Source: Pseudomonadota bacterium
Lineage (GTDB): Bacteria > Bdellovibrionota_G > JALEGL01 > DATDPG01
NCBI GenBank assembly: GCA_043809315.1
Contig: JAZDDX010000016.1
Span: 32,001-96,000, forward strand
Direction: 5' to 3'
DNA length: 64,000 bases
Shown: positions 47,181 to 56,809 of the stretch, one piece after another
How positions within the stretch are numbered: position 1 is the first letter of the stretch
How the letters are laid out: each line of letters begins with the position of its first letter
Notes under the pieces: model-generated
The model's input: only the letters and a program-made list of their open reading frames with translations
What the model was told of the DNA's origin: nothing
The model's database searches: none
Position numbers and translations under genes: made by a program

Positions 47181-49862
47181 ATTCGGCTCTTCCTGATAGA
47201 CGGCTCGGCACTCGCATACCGGAGCCACTTCGCTTTCATCTCGAACCCGCTGACCAACAGCCGGGGGATGGCCACCGGCGCCGTCTTCGGCTTCACGACA
47301 ACGCTCTTACGGCTCTTGGAAAAGGAGAAACCGGACCACATCGCGGTGGTCTTCGACTCTCCGGAACCGACCTTCCGGCACCAGGAGTTCCCGGCGTACA
47401 AAGCGACACGGGAGAAGATGCCGGACGAGATGGCGGACCAGCTCCCGTACATCCGCCGTGTCGTGGAGGCGATGCGGATTCCGTTCCTCGCGATGCCGAC
47501 TTTCGAAGCGGATGACATCATCGGAACGCTGGCAAAGCAGGCCGCCCGCAAAGAGATCGAAGTCTTCATGGTCACGGGGGACAAAGACTTTCTGCAGCTC
47601 CTAGGTCCCGGCATCCGGATGTATCAGATGAAAAAAGGGGGGGAGATCGAGATTCTCCAGGAGGACGCCCCTATGAAGCGATGGGGGGTCCCCGCGAAAC
47701 ATGTCACCGACATTCTCGCATTGATGGGGGACTCCTCCGACAACGTCCCGGGGGTTCCGGGGATCGGCGAGAAGACCGCGATGAAGCTGATCCAGCAGTT
47801 CGGATCGGTCGAGGATCTCTACGCATCTCTCGATAAGGTCACTCCCGACAAGGTCCGCGAAAAACTCGCGGCAAACCGCGAACAGGCCGAACTCTGCAAG
47901 AGGCTTGTCACGATCCACGAGAATGTCCCGGTCCCGATCGACGTCGACGACCTCGAACTTAGGTCCCCTGACCTTCCGAGGCTGCGGGAGCTTTATCAGG
48001 AGCTCGATTTTCATTCTTTGATCGATTCCCTCGCCTCAGTCGGAGGGAAGACGACCGAAGAGAATTCGTACGTTCGAGTGGAGACGGAGAAAGATCTCGA
48101 AAAGCTGAGCCGGACTCTTCGCGGATCAAAAGAGTTCGCGTTCGACACTGAAACGACGAGCCTGAACGAACTCGACGCAAAACCTGTCGGCCTCTCCTTT
48201 TCGGCGGCCGAGGGAAAAGCGTTTTTCGTTCCGCTTCATATCTCCGGCCTCTCCCCCGCCACCGTCTGGGAACATCTGAAGCCGATCTTGGAAGATCCGA
48301 AACGGCCGAAGGGGGGACAGAACACGAAGTACGATTGCGCGGTCCTCAAGAACGTCGGAATTAACGTTCAGGGGGTATCGTTCGACACGATGGTCGAATC
48401 GTACCTCCTCGATCCGGAGGCGCGCCAGCACGGCCTCGACGCCTTGGCGCTGAGGTACCTCGGGATCCAGAAGATCCCGACCGCCGAGCTGATCGGAAAG
48501 GGGGAGAGCCAGATCTCGATGCTCGACGTCGATGTCGACCGCCTTACGCGATACGCCTGCGAGGATGCCGACGTCACCTACCGTCTCCACACCCTCTTCA
48601 CGCCGCAGATCGAGCACCAAGAGTTGAAACATCTCTACCAAGAGGTCGAGCTGCCGCTCATTGAAGTACTCGGCGACATGGAAAGGACCGGGATCGCCGT
48701 CGATACCGCCAAATTGAAGGAACTCTCCATCCGATTGACCCAGCGCCTGGAAGAGCTGACACGGGAGATCCACAAGCTCGCGGGGGAGGAGTTCAACATC
48801 GCCTCTCCGAAGCAGCTCGGACCGATCCTGTTTGAAAAGCTCAAGATCCAGGAGAACTCGGGCGTACGGCGGGTGAAGAAGACGAAGACCGGATATGCGA
48901 CCGACCAGGAGACGCTCGAAGCGTACATCTCCCACCCGGTCGTCGCGAAGTTGATCGAACATCGAAACCTTTCGAAGTTGCTTTCGACTTACATCGAATC
49001 GCTCCCGACGCTGATCCATCCGAAGACGGGCCGGATCCACACTTCCTTCAACCAGACGGTGACGGCGACGGGGCGTCTCTCCAGCTCCGACCCGAACCTA
49101 CAAAACATCCCGATCCGGACCGACTTGGGGCGTGAAATTCGGAGGGCCTTCATCCCGGGGGAAAAGGGGTGGAAGCTTTTCTCCGCCGACTACTCGCAGA
49201 TCGAGCTTCGACTCCTGGCCCATCTGGCGAAAGACAAGACGCTGATCGAGACGTTCCAGCGCGGGGACGACGTCCACCGGACGACGGCGTCGCTGATCTT
49301 CGACGTTCCGTTGAACAAAGTGACATCGGAACTGCGCAGCCGAGCGAAGGCGATCAACTTCGGCGTGATCTATGGGATGGGTCCGCAGCGCCTGGCCCGT
49401 GAGACGGGGATTTCGATGGAGGAGGCGAAGGCGTTTATCGAGGCATATTTCGAGAAGTACGCGAACGTCCGCGCCTATCTCGACAGTCAGATCGAGAAAG
49501 CTAAGGAGCGGGGGTTCGTCACGACGTTACTAGGCCGGAGGCGCGAAATCGCCGACATCCGGAGTTCGAATCCGCGCTTCGCTTCGAACGCGGAGCGGAT
49601 CGCCGTCAACACGCCGATCCAGGGGAGCGCCGCCGATCTGATCAAGGTAGCAATGGTGCGGATTCACCGGAGTTTGAAAGAAAAGCCACTCCGCGCCCGG
49701 ATGCTAATTCAGGTGCACGACGAGTTGGTCTTTGAGGTTCATCCAGACGACGTCTCTTCGCTGACCGCCCTGGTCCGCAAGGAGATGGAGAACGCAATCG
49801 AGCTAATCGTGCCGATCGTCGTCGACGTCGGCGTCGGCGACAACTGGGCCGATGCGCACTGA
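47181..49862 (+). CDS. polA: DNA polymerase I (start codon non-canonical or uncertain)
   Basis: RLFLIDGSALAYRSHFAF upstream of the track ATG; EADDIIG, AFDTET, TGRLSSSDPNLQNIP, DYSQIELR, KAINFGVIYG, QVHDEL. Confidence 0.96.
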   Translation: MRLFLIDGSALAYRSHFAFISNPLTNSRGMATGAVFGFTTTLLRLLEKEKPDHIAVVFDSPEPTFRHQEFPAYKATREKMPDEMADQLPYIRRVVEAMRIPFLAMPTFEADDIIGTLAKQAARKEIEVFMVTGDKDFLQLLGPGIRMYQMKKGGEIEILQEDAPMKRWGVPAKHVTDILALMGDSSDNVPGVPGIGEKTAMKLIQQFGSVEDLYASLDKVTPDKVREKLAANREQAELCKRLVTIHENVPVPIDVDDLELRSPDLPRLRELYQELDFHSLIDSLASVGGKTTEENSYVRVETEKDLEKLSRTLRGSKEFAFDTETTSLNELDAKPVGLSFSAAEGKAFFVPLHISGLSPATVWEHLKPILEDPKRPKGGQNTKYDCAVLKNVGINVQGVSFDTMVESYLLDPEARQHGLDALALRYLGIQKIPTAELIGKGESQISMLDVDVDRLTRYACEDADVTYRLHTLFTPQIEHQELKHLYQEVELPLIEVLGDMERTGIAVDTAKLKELSIRLTQRLEELTREIHKLAGEEFNIASPKQLGPILFEKLKIQENSGVRRVKKTKTGYATDQETLEAYISHPVVAKLIEHRNLSKLLSTYIESLPTLIHPKTGRIHTSFNQTVTATGRLSSSDPNLQNIPIRTDLGREIRRAFIPGEKGWKLFSADYSQIELRLLAHLAKDKTLIETFQRGDDVHRTTASLIFDVPLNKVTSELRSRAKAINFGVIYGMGPQRLARETGISMEEAKAFIEAYFEKYANVRAYLDSQIEKAKERGFVTTLLGRRREIADIRSSNPRFASNAERIAVNTPIQGSAADLIKVAMVRIHRSLKEKPLRARMLIQVHDELVFEVHPDDVSSLTALVRKEMENAIELIVPIVVDVGVGDNWADAH

Positions 49863-49889
49863 GAACCGATTCAATCCAGTCTTGTACTC

Positions 49890-50465
49890 TTACTGCTGAA
49901 TGATGCCGCAACCGTTTTGCGCCTGAGAGCAATCCAGCGTTAACGTTGCCGGGGGCCCGGCCAAGGCTCCGCAAGAAGCAGTCTCGTTCAGCACGACGCG
50001 AACGACTTGGCCACCGCCAAATATGTTGTACGTGTAGCGCACCTGAATCGAATACCCGAGGTTGCTGTACGGACCCCCCGATAGAAGTACGCCATCTATC
50101 GTGTCGACGTGTTGGAATAAGATCGCCGCGCCACACGGATTATAGGTCGGAAGAGACCAGTGGATCATGATTTGGCAGGTACAAGAGAAACTCGCGCACT
50201 GCTGAACGCAATTATTGAAACCGAGACCTACCGGTGCGCTCGGCGCACCTGGTGTTGCGGTCGGTGTTGCAGTCGCTGTCGGGGTTACGGTCGCGGTTGC
50301 CGTCGGGGTAACCGTCGGCGTCGCCGTCGCCGTGGCGTTCGCCGTCGGAGTTGCGGTCGGTTCGGTCACGTTACTCAGCTTCTTTCCGGCGACGGGCTCC
50401 GCCCCACCGCAGGCGGTTGCTAGGAGAGCGACACAGAGTCCAAATTTCAGCCTTTTTCCAGCCAT
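49890..50465 (-). CDS. lipoprotein with Pro/Thr/Ala linker and Cys-rich C-terminal domain
   Basis: Lipobox ATAC-GG, PTATPTANATATATPTVTPT... linker, 8 Cys after the linker. Confidence 0.75.
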   Translation of the reverse strand: MAGKRLKFGLCVALLATACGGAEPVAGKKLSNVTEPTATPTANATATATPTVTPTATATVTPTATATPTATPGAPSAPVGLGFNNCVQQCASFSCTCQIMIHWSLPTYNPCGAAILFQHVDTIDGVLLSGGPYSNLGYSIQVRYTYNIFGGGQVVRVVLNETASCGALAGPPATLTLDCSQAQNGCGIIQQ

Positions 50466-50479
50466 CCCCTCATTAGAGG

Positions 50480-50496
50480 AGCAATGGCTGTGCCAG
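50480..50496 (-). promoter_or_regulatory. sigma-54 promoter
   Basis: Minus strand CTGGCACAGCCATTGCT (GG-N10-GC); IHF-like AATCAAAACAGTG at 50507-19. Confidence 0.75.
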
Positions 50497-50575
50497 GTTT
50501 GAATCTAATCAAAACAGTGGGTTAGCAGTCGCTCCCGTACCGATTTCAGCCAACGATGAAAAAGGTGCGTAGCTC

Positions 50576-51094
50576 CTAGAAGTTCCAGCTCAAGCCGACG
50601 CGGATCAGCTCCAGGCTCAGGAGGTTTGGCGTGCCGCTCCAGACGATCTGAGAGATCCCGATCTCACCGATGAGCGCCAGGTTATCCATCCCGGTCAGCG
50701 CGCGAAGATTCCACTCGGCGCCGGCGGCGAAGTTCCAGCCAAACTCGTTGCGGGGGCTCAAGTGGTAGAGAAACCGCGGAATAAAATACGGGTTCAATGT
50801 CGCTTCCGGAAAGATGAAGAGCTTCGGCCCGACCCCCAACCCCATCCGTTGGGACCCGGTGAGCCCGATGTTGAAGTTGAGGAGCATCGCCCACTGCTCC
50901 TCCATGAAGTACGAAAGATCGATCCCGACCAATGCGTCCCCGCGACCGACCGTCGGCTTCAGGCGGACCGGATCCGCGAACGAAAGACCGATCGCCCCTG
51001 CCCTCTCGATCGCCCGGGCAGAAAGAGGCTGCAACAATGTCCAACAGAGAAAAAGGCCGAGAATCCAGCGGTTTGACACCCTCACCCCCCTCAC
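50576..51094 (-). CDS. small outer-membrane beta-barrel protein
   Basis: Signal peptide (ARA), amphipathic strands, C-terminal VGLSWNF. Confidence 0.65.
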   Translation of the reverse strand: MRGVRVSNRWILGLFLCWTLLQPLSARAIERAGAIGLSFADPVRLKPTVGRGDALVGIDLSYFMEEQWAMLLNFNIGLTGSQRMGLGVGPKLFIFPEATLNPYFIPRFLYHLSPRNEFGWNFAAGAEWNLRALTGMDNLALIGEIGISQIVWSGTPNLLSLELIRVGLSWNF

Positions 51095-51111
51095 GTAATC
51101 ACCTCAGGATC

Positions 51112-52308
51112 ATGCGTGCAAGAGTTCTCGTTGCCGCCATCGTACTTCTCGGATCGCTTGCGGCCCGTGCCGGCGAAACGATCCCGAACATTCAAACCGG
51201 GTATGAGAACGGCTTCTTCCTAAAGACCGACGATGACCGATTCCGCTTCAAGTTCGGAAGCCGCGTCGTTTTTGGCTTCAGCGAGGGGATCCTTTCCACC
51301 GCGCTGAACTACGGGAAGTTCGACGCTCTCTATGCGAAGTTCTTCGCCGGGGGAAATGCCTTCGGTGCGGACCTCCAGTACTACTTCGAGGCCGCCGCCG
51401 CTTCCAACCCGCGCCCGATCGGCCCGGTCCCGAACCCAGCTTCCAACGCCGGGACGTTCGTCCTCGACGATTATTTCGTCCGGTACCTTCACGGCGACAT
51501 GATCTTGAAGCTCGGCCGGTTCAAGGTTCCGTTCGGCCGGGGATGGACCGTTTTGGATTCGAGCCTCGAGTTCGTAAACCGCTCGGGAGCGGTTCAGGCG
51601 TTCACGTTCGGCCGCGACCTCGGCGTCGCCTTCACCTGGGAACGCCCGGCGTTCGCGGCCACCGCAGGGATCTTCAACGGCGGGAGAGACACGAAACTGG
51701 GAGTCGGATACGACGTATTTGCCTTCACGCCGGCCACTCCCCCCGCTGCGACGGTGGGCGGAAACGGTTTTCTCTACGTCGCCCGCGTCGTCGCCATGCC
51801 GTTCGGCCCGGCCGGTAATACGGAAGGGGATGTTGAGGATAGCGAAGGATCGCGACTGGATCTCGGAGCCGGAGCGGTTCTCGACCACCGGAGGGATGCC
51901 GACTTCAACTGGGATGGTGTTCTCGACGATACGAAGGTGAGCGTTCTGACTGCCGCGACCGACATCACCTGGAAGCGGGAGGGGAAATCGGTTCAAGGAG
52001 AATTTTTCTATCGGAAGATCTACGCGGCCGCGACCCCGGAAACGACGGGGATGGGATTCTATCTGCAGCCGGGGTATTTCCTGGTCCCTAGGAAACTGGA
52101 GCTGGCCGGAAGGCTCGGTTGGCTCGATCCCGACCTCGACAAACCGGGAGACCGGATCTGGGAGGCAGCCGGCGCGTTGAACCTTCACTTTTCGGGCGAT
52201 CACCGGTACAAGACTCAGCTCCAGTACGCCTGGAAGCGATTTGACGACAGGGTGGCGGGCCCGAAGGACGACCACTTCATTGATTTGGTATTTCAACTCA
52301 CGATCTAG
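51112..52308 (+). CDS. porin, phosphate-selective OprO/OprP-like
   Basis: Signal peptide, GFFLKTDD, GRFKVPFG, FVNRS, GRDLG, GFYLQPGYFL...ELAGR. Confidence 0.75.
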   Translation: MRARVLVAAIVLLGSLAARAGETIPNIQTGYENGFFLKTDDDRFRFKFGSRVVFGFSEGILSTALNYGKFDALYAKFFAGGNAFGADLQYYFEAAAASNPRPIGPVPNPASNAGTFVLDDYFVRYLHGDMILKLGRFKVPFGRGWTVLDSSLEFVNRSGAVQAFTFGRDLGVAFTWERPAFAATAGIFNGGRDTKLGVGYDVFAFTPATPPAATVGGNGFLYVARVVAMPFGPAGNTEGDVEDSEGSRLDLGAGAVLDHRRDADFNWDGVLDDTKVSVLTAATDITWKREGKSVQGEFFYRKIYAAATPETTGMGFYLQPGYFLVPRKLELAGRLGWLDPDLDKPGDRIWEAAGALNLHFSGDHRYKTQLQYAWKRFDDRVAGPKDDHFIDLVFQLTI

Positions 52309-52317
52309 GGGGCGGAA

Positions 52318-53058
52318 ATGGCGATGTTGAACGGAAAGGTCGGGGTCATCACGGGGGGTGCTCGCGGAATCGGGCGCTCGATCGCTGAGGCATTCGTCCG
52401 AGAGAAGGCGAAGGTGGCGCTCATCGACATGAACGAGAAGGATCTCGCCGACGCAGCCGCCCTGCTGCGCGAACAGGGGGGCGAGGTCATGACCGTCGTC
52501 GCCAACGTCACGAAGGCGGACGACGTCGACCGCTTCGTCGACGAGGTGACGAAAAAGTTCGGGACGATCGACATCCTCGTCAACAACGCCGGAATCACAC
52601 GGGACGGGCTTCTGTTCCGGATGTCGGAGGAGAACTTCGATTCCGTCATCGCCGTAAATCTGAAAGGGGTATTCCTCTGCGGGCGCGCTTGCGCCAAGGT
52701 GATGTTCAAGAAGAAGTACGGGAAGATCGTGAATATCTCTTCGATCGCACGGCACGGGAATTTCGGCCAGTCGAACTACAGCGCGACGAAGGCCGGGGTG
52801 GTCGGGATGACGAAGACTTGGGCGCAGGAGCTTTCACGCTACAATATCAACGTCAACGCCGTCGCCCCGGGGTTCATCGCCACCGAAATGACGGCGGCGA
52901 TCCCCGCCGACGTTCGCGAGACGATGGTCAAACAGATCCCGCTCGGACGGCCGGGGGAAGCGAAAGAGGTGGCGGAGTTGGTCACCTTCCTGTCGTCGGA
53001 TGCGGCGGCATACATTCAAGGGGAGGTCGTCGGGATCAACGGCGGCCTTCATATGTAA
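52318..53058 (+). CDS. fabG: 3-oxoacyl-ACP reductase (SDR)
   Basis: TGGARGIG, NNAGITRD, GQSNYSATK, VAPGFIATEMT. Confidence 0.8.
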   Translation: MAMLNGKVGVITGGARGIGRSIAEAFVREKAKVALIDMNEKDLADAAALLREQGGEVMTVVANVTKADDVDRFVDEVTKKFGTIDILVNNAGITRDGLLFRMSEENFDSVIAVNLKGVFLCGRACAKVMFKKKYGKIVNISSIARHGNFGQSNYSATKAGVVGMTKTWAQELSRYNINVNAVAPGFIATEMTAAIPADVRETMVKQIPLGRPGEAKEVAELVTFLSSDAAAYIQGEVVGINGGLHM

Positions 53059-53079
53059 GAACGGAAAAGGAGAAATCGC

Positions 53080-54333
53080 GTGAACTATAAAGTGAAAGAG
53101 ATCAACCTGGCGCCGCAGGGGCTGAACAAGATCGCTTGGGCGGAGAGCCGGATGCCGGTCCTGATGGCGCTTCGGAAAAAGTACAAGACCTCGAAACCGT
53201 TCAAAGGAATCAAGATCGCGGGATGCCTCCATGTTACGAAAGAGACGGCCGTGCTGGTCGAAACACTCGTGGCCGCCGGCGCGGAAGTGGCCTGGAGCGG
53301 CTGCAACCCGCTCTCGACCCAGGATGACGTCGCCGCAGCCCTCGCGTCGAAAGGGATTTCGATTTACGCCTGGTACGGAATGTCGACCGAGGAGTTCTAT
53401 CAGTCGATCGATGACGTGCTCCGCTTTCAGCCTCACCTGACGCTGGATGACGGAGCGGATCTCATCTTCTCGGTCCACAAGCGGCATCCGGAGCTAGCTG
53501 CAACTGTAATCGGAGGTACTGAAGAGACCACGACCGGCGTCCACCGCCTGCGGGCGATGGCGGCCGACAACGCCCTCAAGTACCCGGTCTTCGCGGTGAA
53601 CGATTCCGAGACCAAGTGCGAATTCGATAACGTCTACGGCACCGGCCAGTCTTCGCTCGACGGGATCTTGCGAGCAACCAGCATCCTTCTCGCGGGACGG
53701 AACTTCGTCGTGGCCGGTTACGGCCACTGCGGCCGTGGCGTGGCGATGCGCGCCAAGGGGATGGGAGCGAATACGATCGCGACCGAGATCGACGCCGTGG
53801 CGTCGCTCCGGGCTACCCTCGAGGGGCACCGGGTCATGACGATGGATGAGGCGGCGTCGCTGGGCGACATCTTCATCACCGCAACGGGAATGATCGACGT
53901 CATCACGAAGAAGCATTTCGAGAAGATGAAGGACGGCGCGGTCGTCTGCAACACCGGCCACTACGACTGTGAGATCAACATCAAGGATCTCGAGAGCCTC
54001 GCGGCCGAGGTGAAAGAGATCCGGCCCCACAACCAGGAGTACCGCCTCAAAAACGGAAAACGGATCTACCTTCTGGCGCAGGGACGGCTGGTCAACCTCG
54101 TAGCGGCGGAAGGGCATCCGTCCGAAGTCATGGACATGTCGTTCGCGAACCAGTTCCTGGCTCTCCTCCACCTGGCGCGCGAGGGGAAGAAAATGGAACG
54201 AAAGGTTTACGTCCTACCGAAGGAATTGGACCAGGAGATCGCGGGACTCAAGCTGGAGACCCTGGGGATCCGAATCGACAAGCTGACCCCCGAGCAGGAG
54301 AAGTACAGCTCGAACTACGCGGCCGGAACCTGA
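53080..54333 (+). CDS. ahcY: adenosylhomocysteinase
   Basis: GCLHVTKETAVL, SGCNPLSTQD, EETTTG, FDNVYG, GRLVNL, GHPSEVMDMSFANQ. Confidence 0.97.
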   Translation: MNYKVKEINLAPQGLNKIAWAESRMPVLMALRKKYKTSKPFKGIKIAGCLHVTKETAVLVETLVAAGAEVAWSGCNPLSTQDDVAAALASKGISIYAWYGMSTEEFYQSIDDVLRFQPHLTLDDGADLIFSVHKRHPELAATVIGGTEETTTGVHRLRAMAADNALKYPVFAVNDSETKCEFDNVYGTGQSSLDGILRATSILLAGRNFVVAGYGHCGRGVAMRAKGMGANTIATEIDAVASLRATLEGHRVMTMDEAASLGDIFITATGMIDVITKKHFEKMKDGAVVCNTGHYDCEINIKDLESLAAEVKEIRPHNQEYRLKNGKRIYLLAQGRLVNLVAAEGHPSEVMDMSFANQFLALLHLAREGKKMERKVYVLPKELDQEIAGLKLETLGIRIDKLTPEQEKYSSNYAAGT

Positions 54334-55256
54334 TCGCGGTACCACTCGAAACAGAAACGGAGACCATCCGCGAGTGTCGTCGTCGGTTTCCATCCGAGCT
54401 GCTTGGCCGCCAGGCCAACATCCGCCAGGGAGTGCCGGATATCCCCCGCCCGGGCTGGTTCGTGTTTCGAACCGGTCTTCGCCCCCGTGAGTTTCTGGAT
54501 GACCGCGGCCAGCTCGTTGATGGTAATCTTCTTCCCTCCGGCGATGTTGAACACTTCTCCCGCCGCATTCTCCAGAACGGATGCTTTGAGATTCGCGCTC
54601 ACCACATCGGTCACGAACGTGAAATCGCGGGTCTGCTCCCCGTCGCCGTAGATCACCGGGGCTCTCCCCCGTAGAAACGCATCGAAGAATTTGGGGACGA
54701 CCGCCGCGTACTGGGATTCCGGGTCCTGCCTCGGCCCATAGACGTTGAAGTACCGGAGCGAAACCGTCCGCATTCCGTACGAGACAGCGAACGATCGGCA
54801 GTACGATTCCTGCCCCATCTTCGTCGCCGCATAGGGGGAAAACGGGTTCGGCGGCATATTTTCCCGCTTCGGAAGCTCGGGGGTATCGCCGTAGGCCGAT
54901 GAAGAAGCTGCGTTCACGAAGCTCTTTACCTTCGCGTCGCGCGCCGCGATCAACATTTGAAGCGTGCCGGTTGCATTCGCATGGTGAGAAGCCATCGGGT
55001 GCTCGACCGACCGGGGGACCGACCCGATCGCCGCCTGATGAAAGACGAAATCGACGTCGCGGACCGCTTCCGCCGCCGCCTTGGGATCGGCGACATCCCC
55101 CTCGATGAAGCGGACCCTCGCTACATCATCCCCCAGGTTCTCCATTTTGCCGCTGGAAAGATCGTCCAGGATCACCACCTCGTCCCCGCGCATCAACAAG
55201 GCCTCGACGATATGGGATCCAATGAATCCCGCTCCTCCGGTAACCAAACATTTCAT
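54315..55256 (-). CDS. NAD-dependent nucleotide-sugar epimerase (WbpP/GalE-like)
   Basis: TGGAGFIGSH, HQAAIGSVPRS, SPYAATK, RYFNVYGPRQDP, TRDF. Confidence 0.92.
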   Translation of the reverse strand: MKCLVTGGAGFIGSHIVEALLMRGDEVVILDDLSSGKMENLGDDVARVRFIEGDVADPKAAAEAVRDVDFVFHQAAIGSVPRSVEHPMASHHANATGTLQMLIAARDAKVKSFVNAASSSAYGDTPELPKRENMPPNPFSPYAATKMGQESYCRSFAVSYGMRTVSLRYFNVYGPRQDPESQYAAVVPKFFDAFLRGRAPVIYGDGEQTRDFTFVTDVVSANLKASVLENAAGEVFNIAGGKKITINELAAVIQKLTGAKTGSKHEPARAGDIRHSLADVGLAAKQLGWKPTTTLADGLRFCFEWYRDQVPAA

Positions 55257-55278
55257 CGGGTGCCACCATATCACCAGA

Positions 55279-55306
55279 TTGACAGACCGAAAACGGTGGG
55301 TATGAT
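55279..55306 (+). promoter_or_regulatory. sigma70 promoter of efp
   Basis: TTGACA-16 nt-TATGAT. Confidence 0.7.
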
Positions 55307-55316
55307 CCGCGCCCCA

Positions 55317-55877
55317 ATGCCCTCTGCGAAACAGATCAAGGTCGGGATGACCATTATGTTCGAAGGGGAGCTCTGGCGCGTTCTCACCAAGGACATCATC
55401 GCCCCCGGAAACTGGCGGGCATTCGTCCAGGCAAAGCTCCGGAATGTCCTTCGCGGCACCCAGAAGGAGCACCGTTTCTCGGCCGACGAGGAGATCGAGC
55501 GCGCGATCCTCGACAAGCGCCCGATGGACTACCTCTACCACGACGGAAGCGTTTATCATTTCATGGATCCGACCACCTTCGAGCAGATCCAGCTTTCCGA
55601 CGACATGATCGGCGATGCGGCGAAATATCTGATCCCCAACAGCCAGATCTTTGTCGAGTCGTACGATGACAAACCGATCGGGGTCGAACTCCCCCCGACG
55701 ATCAAGCTGAAGGTTAAAGAGACGGAGCAGCGTCTCAAGACCGCGACGGTCACGAATACCTACAAGCAGGCGACGCTCGAGAGCGGCCTGATCGTCCAGG
55801 TCCCCCCGTTTATCACAGAAGGGGAGCTGGTCGAGATCGATACCGTCACCGGCGAGTACCTCGGGCGAGCGAAGTAA
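55317..55877 (+). CDS. efp: elongation factor P
   Basis: YLYHDGSVYHFMDPTTFEQ, VELP, KQATLESGLIVQVPPFI, IDTVTGEYLGR; tip loop APGNWR. Confidence 0.95.
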   Translation: MPSAKQIKVGMTIMFEGELWRVLTKDIIAPGNWRAFVQAKLRNVLRGTQKEHRFSADEEIERAILDKRPMDYLYHDGSVYHFMDPTTFEQIQLSDDMIGDAAKYLIPNSQIFVESYDDKPIGVELPPTIKLKVKETEQRLKTATVTNTYKQATLESGLIVQVPPFITEGELVEIDTVTGEYLGRAK

Positions 55878-55927
55878 CACCCAAGTCTTTTCTTGAGCGA
55901 ACTTGTTCACGTGCTACCCTTACGCTC

Positions 55928-56311
55928 GTGATGAATTTCTCCTGTCCCTTGATTTCGACGGTAATTGCCGTTGTCCTGACCTCCTCCGCCTTTGCCCAGG
56001 GTGGAGATGTCTGTTGCGTCCTCGGGAAAAAGATCGGCGAAAGCGCATCGACGACGGCCGTCCCCCGTTCCCCCTCTCAATGCGTTGCCGGAACCGTCGA
56101 GGACGGACAGACGGTCTGTCTCGCCAAGAGTGACCCGAACAATGACTGTCCGATGCTCGGAGAAAAAGAGCGTTGTTCGATCTGCGGTTTCTTCTGGGCC
56201 GGCAAAGACTGTCTCTCCTCGGACCCGGTCAAGAAGGCGAAAGAAGAGTTGAAGAAGGAAGAGGAAAAGAAGAAAAAAGGGACTCCCAAGCCCGAAGTGA
56301 ACCTCCCCTAG
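55928..56311 (+). CDS. small secreted Cys-rich protein
   Basis: Signal peptide (AFA), 8 Cys in mature part, Lys/Glu-rich tail. Confidence 0.7.
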   Translation: MMNFSCPLISTVIAVVLTSSAFAQGGDVCCVLGKKIGESASTTAVPRSPSQCVAGTVEDGQTVCLAKSDPNNDCPMLGEKERCSICGFFWAGKDCLSSDPVKKAKEELKKEEEKKKKGTPKPEVNLP

Positions 56312-56333
56312 ACCCTCGAAACCTGAAAAATTA

Positions 56334-56726
56334 ATGCGAGCAGGTCTGTAAGCCGAGTCCTGTCCCCGGCTTGCGCCGGGTGACGATCATTCCTCTAGGC
56401 GGCCGGTTACCCGGCCGCTCCAGCAGCCTACCCGGGGACGTAACGAGAAAGGGCTTGCTCTAGTCCCCCTATTTGGCCTTGCTCCGGAAGGGGTTTACCG
56501 CACGGCCGCTCTCACGGCTCTCGTGGGGGAGCTCTTACCTCCCCGTTTCACCCTTGCCTGATCCCTATGAATCTCCGGAGAAATTCAGAGGGCCATCGGC
56601 GGTCTGCTCTCTGTTGCACTTTCCGACGCTCGCGCGCCCTGGACGTTATCCAGCTTCCTGCCCTTTGGGAGCTCGGACTTTCCTCCCCGGGGTTTGCACC
56701 CCGCGGCGACCGCCCGACCTGCTCGC
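56334..56726 (-). ncRNA. rnpB: RNase P RNA (type A)
   Basis: GAGGAAAGTCCGAGC, AGTGCAACAGAGAGCAGACCGCC, GGGTGAAACGG..GGTAAGAGC, GGTAAACCCC..GGAGCAAG, GACAGGACTCGGCTTAC; complementary ends (P1). Confidence 0.97.
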
Positions 56727-56809
56727 GTGAGGGTACGTACCACATGCGCTTCCCCGCCACCAGAGTCCGGGAACCTGACTTCTACCCCTCAATTTGTTAA
56801 TGAAAGGCC

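Noticed and set aside
50250-50370. Tandem repeats as a CRISPR-like array
   Set aside because: Coding Pro/Thr/Ala linker; no constant repeat with unique spacers and no cas genes in the window.
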